Shown piece by piece: positions 63,706 through 64,000 of a stretch of DNA of 64,000 bases. Position 1 is the first letter of the stretch; every line of letters begins with the position of its first letter. The notes under the pieces were generated by a model, which was not told the origin of the DNA, did no database searches, and saw only the letters and a program-made list of their open reading frames with translations. The position numbers were made by a program, and so were the translations under genes. The DNA comes from Octopus sinensis (taxonomy: Eukaryota): the NCBI RefSeq assembly GCF_006345805.1, contig NC_043025.1, positions 6,820,001 through 6,884,000 of the forward strand. Reading direction: 5' to 3'.

Positions 63706-64000
63706 CAGAAACGTTAGCACGCCAGGCGAAATGCTTCACAGTATTTCGTCTGCCGTTACATTCTGAGTTCAAATTCCACCGAGGTCAACTTTGCCTTTCA
63801 TCCTTTTGGGGTTGATAAATTAAGTACCAGTTACGCACTGGGGTCGATGTAATTGACTTATTCCGTTCGTCTATCCTTGTTTGTCCTCTCTGTGTTTAGC
63901 CCCTTGTGGGTAGTAAAGAAATAGGTATTCGTCTGCCGTTACATTCTGAGTTCAAATTCCACCGAGGTCAACTTTGCCTTTCATCCTTTTGGGGTTGATA
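63706..64000 (+). mobile_element. Head-to-tail Nin/Deu-like SINE multimer running off the window edge
   Basis: Junction gaaataggta|ttcgtctg at about 63927. Confidence 0.82.

Overview
This is eukaryotic, repeat-saturated DNA. The SINE, LINE and microsatellite families suggest a coleoid cephalopod, probably Octopus; that is an inference from repeat content. There is one 100-N gap (37289-37388). I can reconstruct two convergent, intron-containing chitin-binding (CBM14/peritrophin-A-type) genes by hand; the ORF track only partly shows them. Gene A (+) contributes its last two coding exons, 1295-1531 and 7877-8091; its 5' end is not visible in this window. Gene B (-) is complete: 24746-24713 (signal peptide), 20825-20535, 17491-17261 and 13862-13633, giving 786 nt and a secreted 261-aa protein with three CBM14 domains. 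Each domain sits on its own phase-1 exon. An orphan 45-nt phase-1 exon (34002-33958, -) may belong to a third gene or an alternative 5' end. Everything else is microsatellite or mobile DNA: tRNA-derived SINEs, RTE, R4/Dong-like and Tx1-like LINE fragments, mariner/Tc1 relics and MITEs, two of them amplified into tandem arrays. The most striking unexplained structure is a set of seven fold-back palindromes from five sequence families, mostly next to (TA)n. Each carries a minimal type-I hammerhead ribozyme motif at or beside the inversion centre, consistent with Penelope-like-element terminal repeats. One lies downstream of the gene B stop codon and holds the first canonical poly(A) signal on that strand. 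Also notable is a Tx1-like LINE inserted twice inside (GATA)n. All calls were made by eye without database searches.
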